From Planctomycetota bacterium (GTDB taxonomy: Bacteria > Planctomycetota > UBA8108 > UBA1146), in assembly GCA_036338595.1 (NCBI GenBank), contig JAYZBV010000111.1, positions 1 through 63,273 on the forward strand: a stretch of 63,273 bases of DNA, given 5' to 3'. Below the pieces are notes generated by a model. The model did not search any database and was not told the DNA's origin. It saw only the letters and a list, made by a program, of their open reading frames with translations. The translations under genes and the position numbers were made by a program. Of this stretch, positions 39,201-48,376 are shown in pieces; the first letter of the stretch is position 1, and the number at the start of each line of letters is the position of its first letter.

Positions 39201-39357
39201 GATAGGGAACCACGACGTTGATGCTCGTTCTTCCGAACTCGGGAGTCGCGCTGAGGGGTATCCGCTGTATCGACATGATCCCACCCAGCAGAAGCAGGAT
39301 GTGCAGGGTCAACGTGGTGATGGGTCGGTCGAGGCAGAACTGCACGAAGGTCTTCAA
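36271..39357 (-). CDS. RND (AcrB/AcrD/AcrF family) permease, second copy
   Basis: About 1030 aa; GVGMLVDTAVVVVESI; GIVVNNGIVLID; RFRPILITALTTILGLVPMA. Confidence 0.93.
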   Translation of the reverse strand: MKTFVQFCLDRPITTLTLHILLLLGGIMSIQRIPLSATPEFGRTSINVVVPYPNASPIQVENEVVLPLEEALATLRGLRGISSESRENNARVTLRFNYGEDLDTVKVEVRERVARAMDQLPVEDIERVQIRTGGWGADGDAIMEARISAVGVDLSENYELLVNRIQRPLERLDGVGQVELDGVTPQEVKITFTKGDLERHGLTLGRVSQAIRNANIDITIGRVWSDGKVRRLRLINALPDVEALHQLPINANGLRLGQVATIEKEEGDLRWGRHLNGSYAVSLEISQESGANTVEVCRMVRAEVERISQDPQLAGINLLVWQDQGQMIVSSLERLRDAGFIGGGMALVILFLFLRRFSATLLVGMAIPISVLSALAVLHLLDKELNIITIMALMLGVGMLVDTAVVVVESIVRRAGLGDDPVTAATKGTMEVATPVFAATLTTMVVFLPVFISERNGFSDALSSVGLVISLTIAASLFVSLTLVPMVAARIYSGGDPGISSWFLAFRGRYEQLLRSAMKHRFVTILLAIAATTSVMIPFENGFRMDLSDPDWKSSYANISYRPEEGLDFREMEKVVTEVETLLDSKRDIIGESDIYSWYTDGYAMTRIYPPAEMATEDYITALRGRLNTVLPKVPGIRIRTDDGWGWGGRGHGGGGNSTAGSFNVRLRGDSTALLQDLGEKVAQYLKGVEGVIDAEISRREEVDELHLKPDEDLLGRLQVSGATVARSISAAFSGNRLSQLRTRSGDLDITLGLDEEETDSVEELNFMRFPLSDDLELPIDEIGSLEQVEAPSRPRRDDRRSSISVSAQYDVAVKDEIQQRLEQALASYPMPVGYSWDLGEGWSGRWRNQSSFSEGLYLSIFLVYLVLACLFESLRTPLILMITVLLAVPGVIWSLWLQGDALDTPAAVGLILLCGIVVNNGIVLIDQVRRRIDEGETPTDAIRLGACDRFRPILITALTTILGLVPMAYGTEMLTGPQFNTLGKAIVGGLAASTLLTLVVLPAVLTLVLRSPKEDSGPVIDAEPARV

Positions 39358-42300
39358 GTTACCTCTCCTTCCCGTTCAGATCGATTCAGCAGTCGATACC
39401 CGGATGGAATCACCACCAGCGTCATCATCGTGGCTGCCGCCAGCCCCCAGACCACCGTGATCGCCAACGGCTTGCGCAACTCTGCTCCGGGACCAAAGCC
39501 AAGCGCGAGCGGGAGCAACCCCAGGATGGTCGTGGCGCTGGTGATGAGGATCGGACGAAGTCGCTCGATCCCTGCAGTGCGTGCGGCGGTTGTCGAATCC
39601 AGGTTCTGATTCTTCAATTGCTGGATCCTGGCCACGTAGATGATGCCGTTATTGACGACGATGCCGCACAGAAGAATCACTCCGATCATCGACAGGACTC
39701 CGAGAGGGATTCCCGTGAAGTACATGGCGAAGATGGCACCGCAGATGCCCAGGGGTACGGTGAGGATCACGATGAAGGGCAGTTTCAACGACTCAAAGGT
39801 GCTGGCCAGCACCAGGTAAACGATGAACACGGCCAGTGCCAGTGCCTGGAGCAGGCTCTCCAGAGATTCTTTCATCTCCTGGTTCTGGCCCGACATCCTT
39901 GCAGAAGATGTAGGAGGCAATCCTCTGCCCTGCAGCACCTGATCCGCTCTCTCGGTTGCGGTTCCAAGATCGATGCCGTCGGTTCTTGCGGTCACCATCA
40001 CGGATCGTTCTCCTCCGACCCGCCGGATCTCTACAGGTCCCAGCGCCTGCTCCAGACGACCCAGAGACGCAACCCTCAGCGGAGCAGCGAGATTGTCTCC
40101 GGCAAGAGTCACCGACTCCATCTCTACCTCTTCTATCGTCTTCTCGAGTGCTCCCTTCATCCTGACCCGGATATCGATGGGTTTCTCGGCAAACCTGTAC
40201 TGAGTGGCCACCTCACCGATGCCCTTGGCTCTCAACCCACTGGCGATCTGCTCCAGCGACAGGCCATAAGCCGAGAGTCGAACCGGGTCGAGGCGAACAT
40301 GAACCTCGGGTACCTGATCGGCAACCTGCGCCTGAACATCGAGTAGGCCAGGAACCCATCTCAATCGCTCTTCGATGTTCAGTGCAGAATCTCTCAGGAT
40401 ATTCAGGTCATCATCGAAGACCTCGATCTCGATGGGTGCTCTGAAGGTGAACAAGGAAGGTCGACCCAGCGAATAGGGGCAGTCGGGGACCTTGTCAAAC
40501 TCGTCGATGATGCGATCGATGACCAGAGCCTCGTCTTCCCTGGTCGCATCCGGAGTGAGGGTGACTCCGATCCTCGCGACATGTTCTCTACGATCACCCG
40601 CTTGCACCTCTCCAAGTACCGGAGCATCTCCCACGATGGAAGTGGTCATCGCGATGGGAAGTCCCCCTTCTCGCAATCGATCGATGGCCATCTCGAGTGA
40701 TGCCACCTTGCGGTCGGTCTCCTCCAGTGGAGTACCCTCGGTCAGTTCGACATCGAAGAAGAATTGCCCCTGGTACAGGTCTGGAACCAGTTCCGATCCG
40801 AGGTCCGCTGCCCTGGGAAGCACGGCAGCGCACAGCACCAGTGCCATCACCGGCGGAACCCAGGACACGGCCAGGACATGGTCGAGGACACGGGCATAGA
40901 GGTTCTGTGCATGAGTCATGGCGAGGTTGAATACATTGGAAATGGGGCTCAGGATCTTCTCGATACCTCGAAAAATCCTCGCCAGTTTCCCCTCCGATGA
41001 GGTGGAGCCATTTGCGATGATGGTCGGGATCACGGTGACCGCAACGAAGAGGCTCGCGAGCAGAGAGTAGGTCACGGTCAGCGCCTGATCCCTGAAGATC
41101 TCGCCACCGATTCCCTGGACGAAGATCAATGGCAGAAACACGGCGATGGTCGTGAGTGTCGAGGCGATGATGCCTCCCATCACCTGGCCTGTGCCCTGCG
41201 TGACCGCTTTTCTCGTCTCCACCCCTTCGTCCTTCAGGCGCTGGATCGATTCCAGTACGACCACGCTGTTGTCGACGAGCATTCCGATCCCCAGCGCCAG
41301 ACCACCCAGTGAAAGCACATTGATGCTGACATCGGTCAATTCCATCATCAGGAATGTGACCGCTACCGAGATGGGAATGGATAGTGCGATGGTGAGAGTA
41401 CTGAGCAGGTTTCGCAGAAACAGGAACAATACCAGGGCAGCTAGCATCGCTCCGACCATGGCGGTCGACTCCACACTTGCGATGGAGTCCTCGATGAATC
41501 GTGCCTGGTCAGAGAGCACCTCGATATGGCACCCCTTGAGACTTCGATCCTGTTCGATCGAGTCCAGACGACCTCGGACACCCTTCGCCACCGACACGCT
41601 ATTGGCGTCACCCTCCTTGTAGATGTCGATCTGTACAGCGGGGCGACCGTTGACTCGTACCAGGATCTCGTCATCTTTCGGCACGATGGCTGCTGATCCG
41701 ATGTCTCGGACCCGTAGCGTCCCGGTGTCACCATGTCTGACGATCACATCCTCGATGTCCTCGATCGACTCGAACTCTCTCACGGTTCGGAGCCGATAGG
41801 CGGTTTGTTGATCCCGGATTTCACCACCGGAGCGATTCACATTTTCCTGGGCTAACCTCTGGGCGACCTCCTGAACCGAAATGGACAGCACATCGAGCCT
41901 TCTGGAATCGAGATCGACCAGTACCTCATCCTCGGCTCCACCGACAACGCGAGCAGCGGCAACGCCATTGAGGGTCTCCAGCGTTCGCTTGACCTTCAGT
42001 TCGGCCAGCTTTCTGAGGTCGGGTACGGTGCGTGACCCGGTCAGCGCCAGCCGCATCATCGGATCGAGGGAGGGGTCGAATCGGTAGACCAGAGGTGCCC
42101 TCGCATCGTCTGGTAGATTGACCAGATCCAGTTTTTCACGCACATCGAGGCTCGCCCTCTGCATGTCTGTGTCCCAGCTGAACTCCAGTACAACCTCGGA
42201 CACACCTGCACGCGAATTGCTGACATATCTGCGCAAGCCCTGGGCCACTCCAACCACATCCTCGATCGGCTCCGTGACCAGTTGCTCCACCTCTTGCGGC

Positions 42301-42467
42301 GATGCATCTGGCAATTCGGTCTGGACGGTGAGTGTCGGGTAGGTGATGTCGGGTAGCAGCTCGATGGGAAGACGACCGAGCGAGAGGATGCCGAATGTGA
42401 GCGCAGCGATGGTGATCATTCCGACCGTCACCGGTCTCTGGATGATCCCCTTCAGCCACTTCTCCAT
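39354..42467 (-). CDS. RND (AcrB/AcrD/AcrF family) permease, first copy
   Basis: RPVTV; LLPDITYP; GIGMLVDNSVVVLESI; GIVVNNGII; RLRPILITSATTILGLLPLA. Confidence 0.95.
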   Translation of the reverse strand: MEKWLKGIIQRPVTVGMITIAALTFGILSLGRLPIELLPDITYPTLTVQTELPDASPQEVEQLVTEPIEDVVGVAQGLRRYVSNSRAGVSEVVLEFSWDTDMQRASLDVREKLDLVNLPDDARAPLVYRFDPSLDPMMRLALTGSRTVPDLRKLAELKVKRTLETLNGVAAARVVGGAEDEVLVDLDSRRLDVLSISVQEVAQRLAQENVNRSGGEIRDQQTAYRLRTVREFESIEDIEDVIVRHGDTGTLRVRDIGSAAIVPKDDEILVRVNGRPAVQIDIYKEGDANSVSVAKGVRGRLDSIEQDRSLKGCHIEVLSDQARFIEDSIASVESTAMVGAMLAALVLFLFLRNLLSTLTIALSIPISVAVTFLMMELTDVSINVLSLGGLALGIGMLVDNSVVVLESIQRLKDEGVETRKAVTQGTGQVMGGIIASTLTTIAVFLPLIFVQGIGGEIFRDQALTVTYSLLASLFVAVTVIPTIIANGSTSSEGKLARIFRGIEKILSPISNVFNLAMTHAQNLYARVLDHVLAVSWVPPVMALVLCAAVLPRAADLGSELVPDLYQGQFFFDVELTEGTPLEETDRKVASLEMAIDRLREGGLPIAMTTSIVGDAPVLGEVQAGDRREHVARIGVTLTPDATREDEALVIDRIIDEFDKVPDCPYSLGRPSLFTFRAPIEIEVFDDDLNILRDSALNIEERLRWVPGLLDVQAQVADQVPEVHVRLDPVRLSAYGLSLEQIASGLRAKGIGEVATQYRFAEKPIDIRVRMKGALEKTIEEVEMESVTLAGDNLAAPLRVASLGRLEQALGPVEIRRVGGERSVMVTARTDGIDLGTATERADQVLQGRGLPPTSSARMSGQNQEMKESLESLLQALALAVFIVYLVLASTFESLKLPFIVILTVPLGICGAIFAMYFTGIPLGVLSMIGVILLCGIVVNNGIIYVARIQQLKNQNLDSTTAARTAGIERLRPILITSATTILGLLPLALGFGPGAELRKPLAITVVWGLAAATMMTLVVIPSGYRLLNRSEREGEVT

Positions 42468-42492
42468 CGATCACTCCTCAACACGGGTGAAA

Positions 42493-43881
42493 TCATCCTC
42501 CGGAGGTGTTGCTTCCTGAGCCACGGTTGTGTGTCGGAGGGGTGCCGGGCCCGGATGCTCCACCTGCGGGAGTAGTGGAGCGATTTCCCGGCGAGGTCCC
42601 TGCCGGCAAATTCGACGGCCTCCCTGCGCCGCGACGACGAAGGTCGCCCGTATCTCTGTCGGGCCTGCCAGTTCTTTCGGTGCCATATTTCTTGCTCGTC
42701 GCAGATCCATCGTCTTGTCTCTCGACGGTAAGAGAATCGACCTGAACCGGGATCTCGCGGTAGACGCTGACGCGACTGCGATCTTGTAGATCGTCCACTC
42801 CCTGCACCACGACTCGATCTCCCAGACCCAGCCCCTCTTCGCAGACGACGATCGACTCGTTCTCGAATCCGGTCACGACTTCAATTTCCTGAACCGTCTC
42901 ACCATCCTCGAGCAAACGGAAAACACGCGCCCTGCCGTCGGTATTGACCACGGCCTTTCTCGGCACGATGATACGGTTCTCGAGGACTCTCGTGATGATA
43001 TCGATGTGGGCAAAGGAACCGGGACGAAGCGTCACTCCGGCATCCGGGAAACTGGTCAGCACTTCCACCGTCAGGCTCTCTCGATCCACGACAGGGCTGA
43101 TCCTCTCGACCGTTCCTTCGGAGAGCACTGGCCCATCACTGTCTGATCTCAACACGCATCGCTGGCCCAGCTCAATATCTCCCACCTCGCTCTCGGGCAG
43201 GTACAGTCGCACTCTCAGCGGCTCGAAGTCTGCGAAGGCGAACAGTTCATCCCCCACACGGACATATTGCCCCGACTCCACCCTTCTACGGATGATGATG
43301 CCATCGAAGAGCGCAATCGGTTGCGAGTGCCCGAGATCGATCAGGGAACGAGCGTGGCTCGCTTCAGATTTCTGAAGGGCAAAACGAGAGTCTTCCAGTT
43401 CCTGGTTGGTGACGCCTCGGATCTCGGAGAGTCCTTCGAGGCGATCGAGGCTCGCCCTCGCTTGCTCCATCTCGATGCGCGCCAGATTCTCGGAGATCTT
43501 CAACTCTTGCTGATCGATCGCACAGAGTACTGTGCCCTTGGAGACCCTCTGTCCCTCCTCGACATGGACACTATCGACGCTGCCTTCGACTCGTGACAGC
43601 AGCGAGACCTGCCGTTCCGGCTCCAGGATTCCGCTGCCTCTGACCCGCTCGCGGATCACGGCAAGCAGAGATGATGTCACCTCGACGGGCACCACATCCT
43701 TGTCAGTCTCATCGATGTTGCCGTACTGGAATCGGCTCATCGATCGGCCCGATCGATTTCCCTGGGACCCGTTTGACCAGCCGGGGGATTCCGTGCTGGC
43801 GCCGGAAAACATGCTGTGGGCGAACCAGCCGATGCAGAGCAGCGCGACGACGGCGAAGAATTTTGGCAACCAGCGTTTCAA
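42493..43881 (-). CDS. RND membrane fusion (periplasmic adaptor) protein with disordered basic C-tail
   Basis: N-terminal TM; SRVEGSVDSVHVEEGQRVSKG; FDGII..VESGQYV; LRPGSFA; GLGLGDRVVVQG. Confidence 0.92.
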   Translation of the reverse strand: MKRWLPKFFAVVALLCIGWFAHSMFSGASTESPGWSNGSQGNRSGRSMSRFQYGNIDETDKDVVPVEVTSSLLAVIRERVRGSGILEPERQVSLLSRVEGSVDSVHVEEGQRVSKGTVLCAIDQQELKISENLARIEMEQARASLDRLEGLSEIRGVTNQELEDSRFALQKSEASHARSLIDLGHSQPIALFDGIIIRRRVESGQYVRVGDELFAFADFEPLRVRLYLPESEVGDIELGQRCVLRSDSDGPVLSEGTVERISPVVDRESLTVEVLTSFPDAGVTLRPGSFAHIDIITRVLENRIIVPRKAVVNTDGRARVFRLLEDGETVQEIEVVTGFENESIVVCEEGLGLGDRVVVQGVDDLQDRSRVSVYREIPVQVDSLTVERQDDGSATSKKYGTERTGRPDRDTGDLRRRGAGRPSNLPAGTSPGNRSTTPAGGASGPGTPPTHNRGSGSNTSGG

Positions 43882-44210
43882 GAACTGCTCCCATCACATT
43901 CGGGGCACGGGCAGGCACCACGGAGCCGCTCCAGCGTCCATATTCCCGTGCCATGGCCATCTGAAAAGGCCAGATTCAATCCATATCTACCCGTGCGCTC
44001 GAACCCGGTGAGGTGAAGACCTGCTGGCAGCGTCGCAGGGTCGAGGATCGGCTCCCTCGACCACTCGTCGATACAGGCTGCACACTCACAGCTCTCTCTG
44101 AGAGAACGGTCGGAATACAGGCTTTCATGCCCATCTCCCCACACGATCAGCAGTGTCGCCGGTTTCAGCAGTTCCACTTCATCCGCACGAATCCTGGCAG
44201 AGTGTTCCAA
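43878..44210 (-). CDS. DUF971 / gamma-butyrobetaine hydroxylase N-terminal-like protein
   Basis: IVWGDGHESLY..LRESCECAAC..GRYGLNLAFSDGHGTGIW..LR..CPCPEC; TTG 44210 with RBS GAGGAGG; overlaps the MFP start. Confidence 0.88.
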   Translation of the reverse strand: MEHSARIRADEVELLKPATLLIVWGDGHESLYSDRSLRESCECAACIDEWSREPILDPATLPAGLHLTGFERTGRYGLNLAFSDGHGTGIWTLERLRGACPCPECDGSSS

Positions 44211-44510
44211 AAAGTGCCTCCTCAGGATCCTCAGACATACCAGATTGTACCTCTGCTGGTATTTTTCCACACTGCATCCTGGCCAGGTAACTGATATGGA
44301 GTGCCCTCAATAGGCGTGAGCCCCCTCCGGAAATGGGTCGATCCCGGAGAGGGCCGATTTGGAAGGCAGTTTCAGAGCATTTCCCGCCCGTGGAGCCGGG
44401 AAAAAAAGGTGGGCCGAAGAGAGGTACGCCGCGTCAACTTAGGGGAAAAACCACTCCACGGGTTCGACAACTCCCCAACTCTCTCCGGCCGTCGAACCGC
44501 CGCCAAAGAT

Positions 44511-44536
44511 ACTTTGCATTGTATAAAATGTAAAGT
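44511..44536. promoter_or_regulatory. AT-rich inverted repeat (candidate operator) between the divergent DUF971-RND operon and hemF
   Basis: ACTTTGCATT-gtataa-AATGTAAAGT, 10-bp arms with 1 mismatch. Confidence 0.5.
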
Positions 44537-44655
44537 ACATTTTTCCCGCGTCGCTAACTGGCCCTTTCCACGGTTGTTGTGCTCATCGGTACCCCCCGAC
44601 TCCGAGACCCTTGCATGGCCATGGGTGCTGTCGGAGACTCCGGGCCGGAGGCACC

Positions 44656-45567
44656 TTGGATCTCGATAAAGTCGGACTCTTTCAACGCTGGTTGATCCAT
44701 CTCCAGGAGCAGATCTGCTCCTCCCTCGAGGCGGTGGATGGATCTGCTCAATTTGTCCCCTCCACCTGGCAACGGGAAGAAGGCGGCGGTGGCCATAGCC
44801 AGCTGCTTCGGGATGGCGCCCTCTTCGAGCAAGCCGGCGTCAACTATTCCCATGTGATGGGAAAGTCGTTGCCAGAGAGTGCCACTGCGGCACGCCCTGA
44901 ACTGGCCGGACGAGGATTCGAGGCGATGGGACTTTCTCTGGTGCTACATCCTCGAAATCCCTACATCCCGACCACACACATGAATGTGCGCCTCTTTCAT
45001 GCCCACGCCGAGGGACAGCCAGCGATATGGTGGTTCGGCGGCGGCTACGATCTGACGCCTTGCTATCCTTTCCTCGAAGATGCGGTGCACTGGCATCAAA
45101 CCGCCAGAGCAGCGCTCGACCGACATGGCAGCGACTATTACCCCAGGTACAAGCAATGGTGCGACCGCTACTTCTTCCTTCCGCATCGCGACGAGACGAG
45201 AGGGGTCGGGGGTATCTTCTTTGACGATCTGAATGATGTGGGCTTCGAGCACTCGCTCGCCATCGTGCAGTCGGTCGGCGATTCCTTTCTCGACGGCTAT
45301 CTTCCCATCGTCGAACTCCGCAGAGACCACCCACACGGCGAACGGGAGCGGCAGTTCCAGCTCTATCGGCGTGGCCGCTACGTCGAGTTCAACCTGCTGT
45401 TCGACCGGGGCACCCTGTTTGGCATCCAGTCGGGCGGACGCACCGAGGCGATCCTGATGTCCTTGCCCCCACAGGTGCGCTGGCATTGCGGCTGGAACCC
45501 GGAATCCGGATCTGAAGAGGCCAACCTGGCCGATTTCCTCAGGCCGAGAGACTACCTGGAAGTCTGA
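44656..45567 (+). CDS. hemF: Oxygen-dependent coproporphyrinogen III oxidase
   Basis: [65 protein letters not shown] 44656 with RBS GGAGG. Confidence 0.97.
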   Translation: MDLDKVGLFQRWLIHLQEQICSSLEAVDGSAQFVPSTWQREEGGGGHSQLLRDGALFEQAGVNYSHVMGKSLPESATAARPELAGRGFEAMGLSLVLHPRNPYIPTTHMNVRLFHAHAEGQPAIWWFGGGYDLTPCYPFLEDAVHWHQTARAALDRHGSDYYPRYKQWCDRYFFLPHRDETRGVGGIFFDDLNDVGFEHSLAIVQSVGDSFLDGYLPIVELRRDHPHGERERQFQLYRRGRYVEFNLLFDRGTLFGIQSGGRTEAILMSLPPQVRWHCGWNPESGSEEANLADFLRPRDYLEV

Positions 45568-45574
45568 ATTCTAG

Positions 45575-45659
45575 TGTAACTCGTTACATCCGAAGTGGTT
45601 ACAGCACAGACCTGAGCCGTCTCCAGTCTTGCCAAATTGGCAACTCATGACTTGCCAAA
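45575..45659. promoter_or_regulatory. Cluster of palindromes/direct repeats upstream of the prenyltransferase-thiSG unit
   Basis: TGTAAC-tc-GTTACA (45575-88); TTGCCAA-a-TTGGCAA (45629-43); CTTGCCAAA at 45628 and again at 45651. Confidence 0.45.
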
Positions 45660-45750
45660 CTGACAATTCGGGGTATCCTCGGTGTTGTGCCGCGGCGATC
45701 CCCGCCACCCGAAGAGAAGCACGGACAGAAGCACGGAGAGGCGAATACTC

Positions 45751-47319
45751 GTGAACGAAGAATATCCCGAGGAAGAGTTCGAGGATGACGACGAGAATCC
45801 CGATGCCGGAGGCTGGCTCAGCAACACTCCATACTGGCTGATCTCCATCGCTGCCCACGCCATCTTGCTGTTCATACTCGGCGGCGTGATCGTGCTCGAA
45901 AAGGTGCAGCAGGAGGAAGAGCGCAGAACCGTGGTGAGGAAAGAGATCAAGCCTCCCGCCTATGACCCGACCAAGAAGCGCGACATCGAACGAAAGCCCG
46001 AGATCCTCGAGAAGAAGAAAAAAGATCCGATCAAGCTTCTCAAGCCCGACAAGATCAGCCGGACCCCCAAGGGCACGAGCAAGAACAACAAGACCAACAA
46101 GAACATCAAGAACCAGCTCAATGATGCCTTTGGCATGACCGGAGCCGGAGCAGGGGCCTACGGAAACCGTTTCGGCAAGGGCTCGCTCTCGCGCGAAGGC
46201 GGCAGCGAGGCCACCGAAAGTGCGGTTCTGGCGGCACTGATGTGGCTCATGCGCCACCAGCACCCCGATGGTCACTGGTCTTCCCAGGGCTTCCTGCGGC
46301 CCGATGGCTGTGACCAGGAGGACGGTGACGGATTCGAGGGCTACGATGTCGGCTGCACAGCGCTGGCCATGCTCGCCTATCTCGGATTTGGTCACACGCA
46401 CGAAAGTGGAGAGTTCCCCGAGTTCGTCGTCGTCATGCGCAAGGCGATGGACTGGATGCTTGCACAGCAGGTCAAGGGTGCAGACCCGAAACTCAACGGC
46501 CTGTTCGGTCTTCCCCGCGACGATGCCGACGAGTGGATCTACAACCATTCCATCGCAACGATGGCGATGAGTGAATTGCTGCTGCTCTCTCACGACAAGA
46601 TCAAACTGGCAAAGCCGGTCGAGAATGCGACCAAGTGGTGCCTGAGAGCACAGAATCCGGGGTATGGCTGGAAGTACGGCTACCAGGCGGGCAGAAACGA
46701 CACATCCGTCACCGGCTGGATGGTGCTGGCGCTGAAGACCGCAAAGGTCTGTGCCCAGTCGCGCTACATCAAGATCCGCAAGAAGGATTTCGATCCCGCT
46801 TTCGAGGGGGCTCTCAAGTGGTTTGGATCCTGCACATCGGATCGCAGCGGTATCTGCGGTTACGAAAATCCAGGCGACGAGGGATCGCGACTGCAAGCGG
46901 CATACCCGGAACCGTATCCGTACTCGAAGGATCTCTCCTGCATGACTGCGGTTTCGGTGCTCTGTCGCATCTTCGCCGGTGAAAAAACCAGTTCCGATGC
47001 CATCAAGTCCGGGACAGCCGTGCTGATGGATGAAATCCCGCGCTGGCGACCTCAGCAAGGAAAGAGGAAATCGAAGATCAACCTCTACTACTGGTATTAC
47101 GCCACCTATGCGATGTTCCAGATCGGCGGCAGCAAGTGGCGCGAGTGGAACGAGGCGATGATCGAGGCGCTGGTTCGTAACCAACGAGTCGGTGGCTGCG
47201 AGGACGGTTCCTGGGATCCTGTCGGGGAGTGGGGAGTTGCGGGAGGTCGTGTCTACAACACTGCCATCGGTGCGATGACGCTGGAGGTGTACTACCGATT
47301 CGCACGGAACGACAACTGA
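45751..47319 (+). CDS. Membrane-anchored prenyltransferase/squalene-oxidase repeat protein
   Basis: PYWLISIAAHAILL TM; WLMRHQHPDGHW, IYNHSIATMAM, AQNPGYGWKY, DTSVTGWMVLAL, YYWYYATYAMFQ, GSWDP, GGRVYNTA..LEVYYR; GTG start at 45751. Confidence 0.88.
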   Translation: MNEEYPEEEFEDDDENPDAGGWLSNTPYWLISIAAHAILLFILGGVIVLEKVQQEEERRTVVRKEIKPPAYDPTKKRDIERKPEILEKKKKDPIKLLKPDKISRTPKGTSKNNKTNKNIKNQLNDAFGMTGAGAGAYGNRFGKGSLSREGGSEATESAVLAALMWLMRHQHPDGHWSSQGFLRPDGCDQEDGDGFEGYDVGCTALAMLAYLGFGHTHESGEFPEFVVVMRKAMDWMLAQQVKGADPKLNGLFGLPRDDADEWIYNHSIATMAMSELLLLSHDKIKLAKPVENATKWCLRAQNPGYGWKYGYQAGRNDTSVTGWMVLALKTAKVCAQSRYIKIRKKDFDPAFEGALKWFGSCTSDRSGICGYENPGDEGSRLQAAYPEPYPYSKDLSCMTAVSVLCRIFAGEKTSSDAIKSGTAVLMDEIPRWRPQQGKRKSKINLYYWYYATYAMFQIGGSKWREWNEAMIEALVRNQRVGGCEDGSWDPVGEWGVAGGRVYNTAIGAMTLEVYYRFARNDN

Positions 47320-47323
47320 CCCC

Positions 47324-47569
47324 ATGAACGATTCACACAACACCGGACCGATCTCATCGTCTCCGGTGATCGAAGTCTTCCTCAATGGGGATGTGCACCA
47401 GCTGGCTTCTGGCAGCACCGTGTCGTCCCTGCTCGATCAGTTGCCCATCGAACCGAGCGCCGTGGCAGTGGAGAGAAATCGCCAGATCGTGCCCCGTTCT
47501 CTGCATCCCTCGACAGTCATCGAGGCAGGGGATCATCTCGAAGTCGTCACCATAGTTGGAGGAGGTTGA
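47324..47569 (+). CDS. thiS: Sulfur carrier protein ThiS
   Basis: VAVERNRQIVPR; C-terminal VTIVGGG; adjacent to thiG. Confidence 0.93.
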   Translation: MNDSHNTGPISSSPVIEVFLNGDVHQLASGSTVSSLLDQLPIEPSAVAVERNRQIVPRSLHPSTVIEAGDHLEVVTIVGGG

Positions 47570-47572
47570 TCG

Positions 47573-48376
47573 ATGAATACCGAAACGACCCGGGAAACGA
47601 ACACACGTCCCGATCCGCTGGTGCTGGGAGATCGGACTTTTCGCTCCCGCCTGCTGGTTGGAACGGGGAAATACTCCGATCCCGAGACGATGAATGCGGC
47701 CCTGTCCGCCTCCGGCTGTGAGGTCGTCACCGTCGCCATCCGACGAGTAGACCTCAGCAGCGATGACAATTTGCTGACCCATCTCGATCGTGACCGTTAC
47801 TTCCTGCTTCCAAACACTGCCGGCTGTTTCAACGCAGAAGATGCGATCCGGGTCTGCCACCTTTCGAGAGAACTGGGGCTGGGAGACTGGGTGAAACTGG
47901 AGGTTCTGGGAGACAAGCAGACCCTGCTTCCCGACCCGATCGGCACCCTGGATGCGTGCAAGACGCTGGTCTCCGAAGGCTTCAAGGTGCTCGTCTATTC
48001 CAGCGACGATCCGGTTCTGGCATTGAGACTACAAGATGCCGGCGCAACATCAGTGATGCCGGCTGGCTCTCCGATTGGAAGTGGCCAGGGAATCCTCAAC
48101 CAGAACAACCTTGCCATCATCCTCGAGCAACTCGATGTGCCGGTGATCATCGACGCCGGAGTTGGCACGGCCAGTGATGTCACCATCGCCATGGAACTTG
48201 GAGCGGAAGGTGTGCTCCTCAACACCGGGATCGCCGGAGCAAAGGATCCCATCGCCATGGCTCATGCGATGCGCCATGCCCTGGATGCGGGTTGGTATGC
48301 GGCTCGCGCAGGCAGGATCCCGCGTCGACGATATGCTCAGGCTTCCAGCCCGACCGAGGGAGTGCTGGGCGAGTGA
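47573..48376 (+). CDS. thiG: Thiazole synthase ThiG
   Basis: [44 protein letters not shown]. Confidence 0.97.
   Translation: MNTETTRETNTRPDPLVLGDRTFRSRLLVGTGKYSDPETMNAALSASGCEVVTVAIRRVDLSSDDNLLTHLDRDRYFLLPNTAGCFNAEDAIRVCHLSRELGLGDWVKLEVLGDKQTLLPDPIGTLDACKTLVSEGFKVLVYSSDDPVLALRLQDAGATSVMPAGSPIGSGQGILNQNNLAIILEQLDVPVIIDAGVGTASDVTIAMELGAEGVLLNTGIAGAKDPIAMAHAMRHALDAGWYAARAGRIPRRRYAQASSPTEGVLGE

Noticed and set aside
44455..44500. GGTTCGA T-loop-like sequence suggesting a tRNA
   Set aside because: No cloverleaf, D-arm or acceptor stem; GGTTCGAC pairs locally with GTCGAACC
45571..47418. 615-aa ORF on the - strand
   Set aside because: Antisense shadow of the prenyltransferase-like gene and thiS; no recognisable motifs
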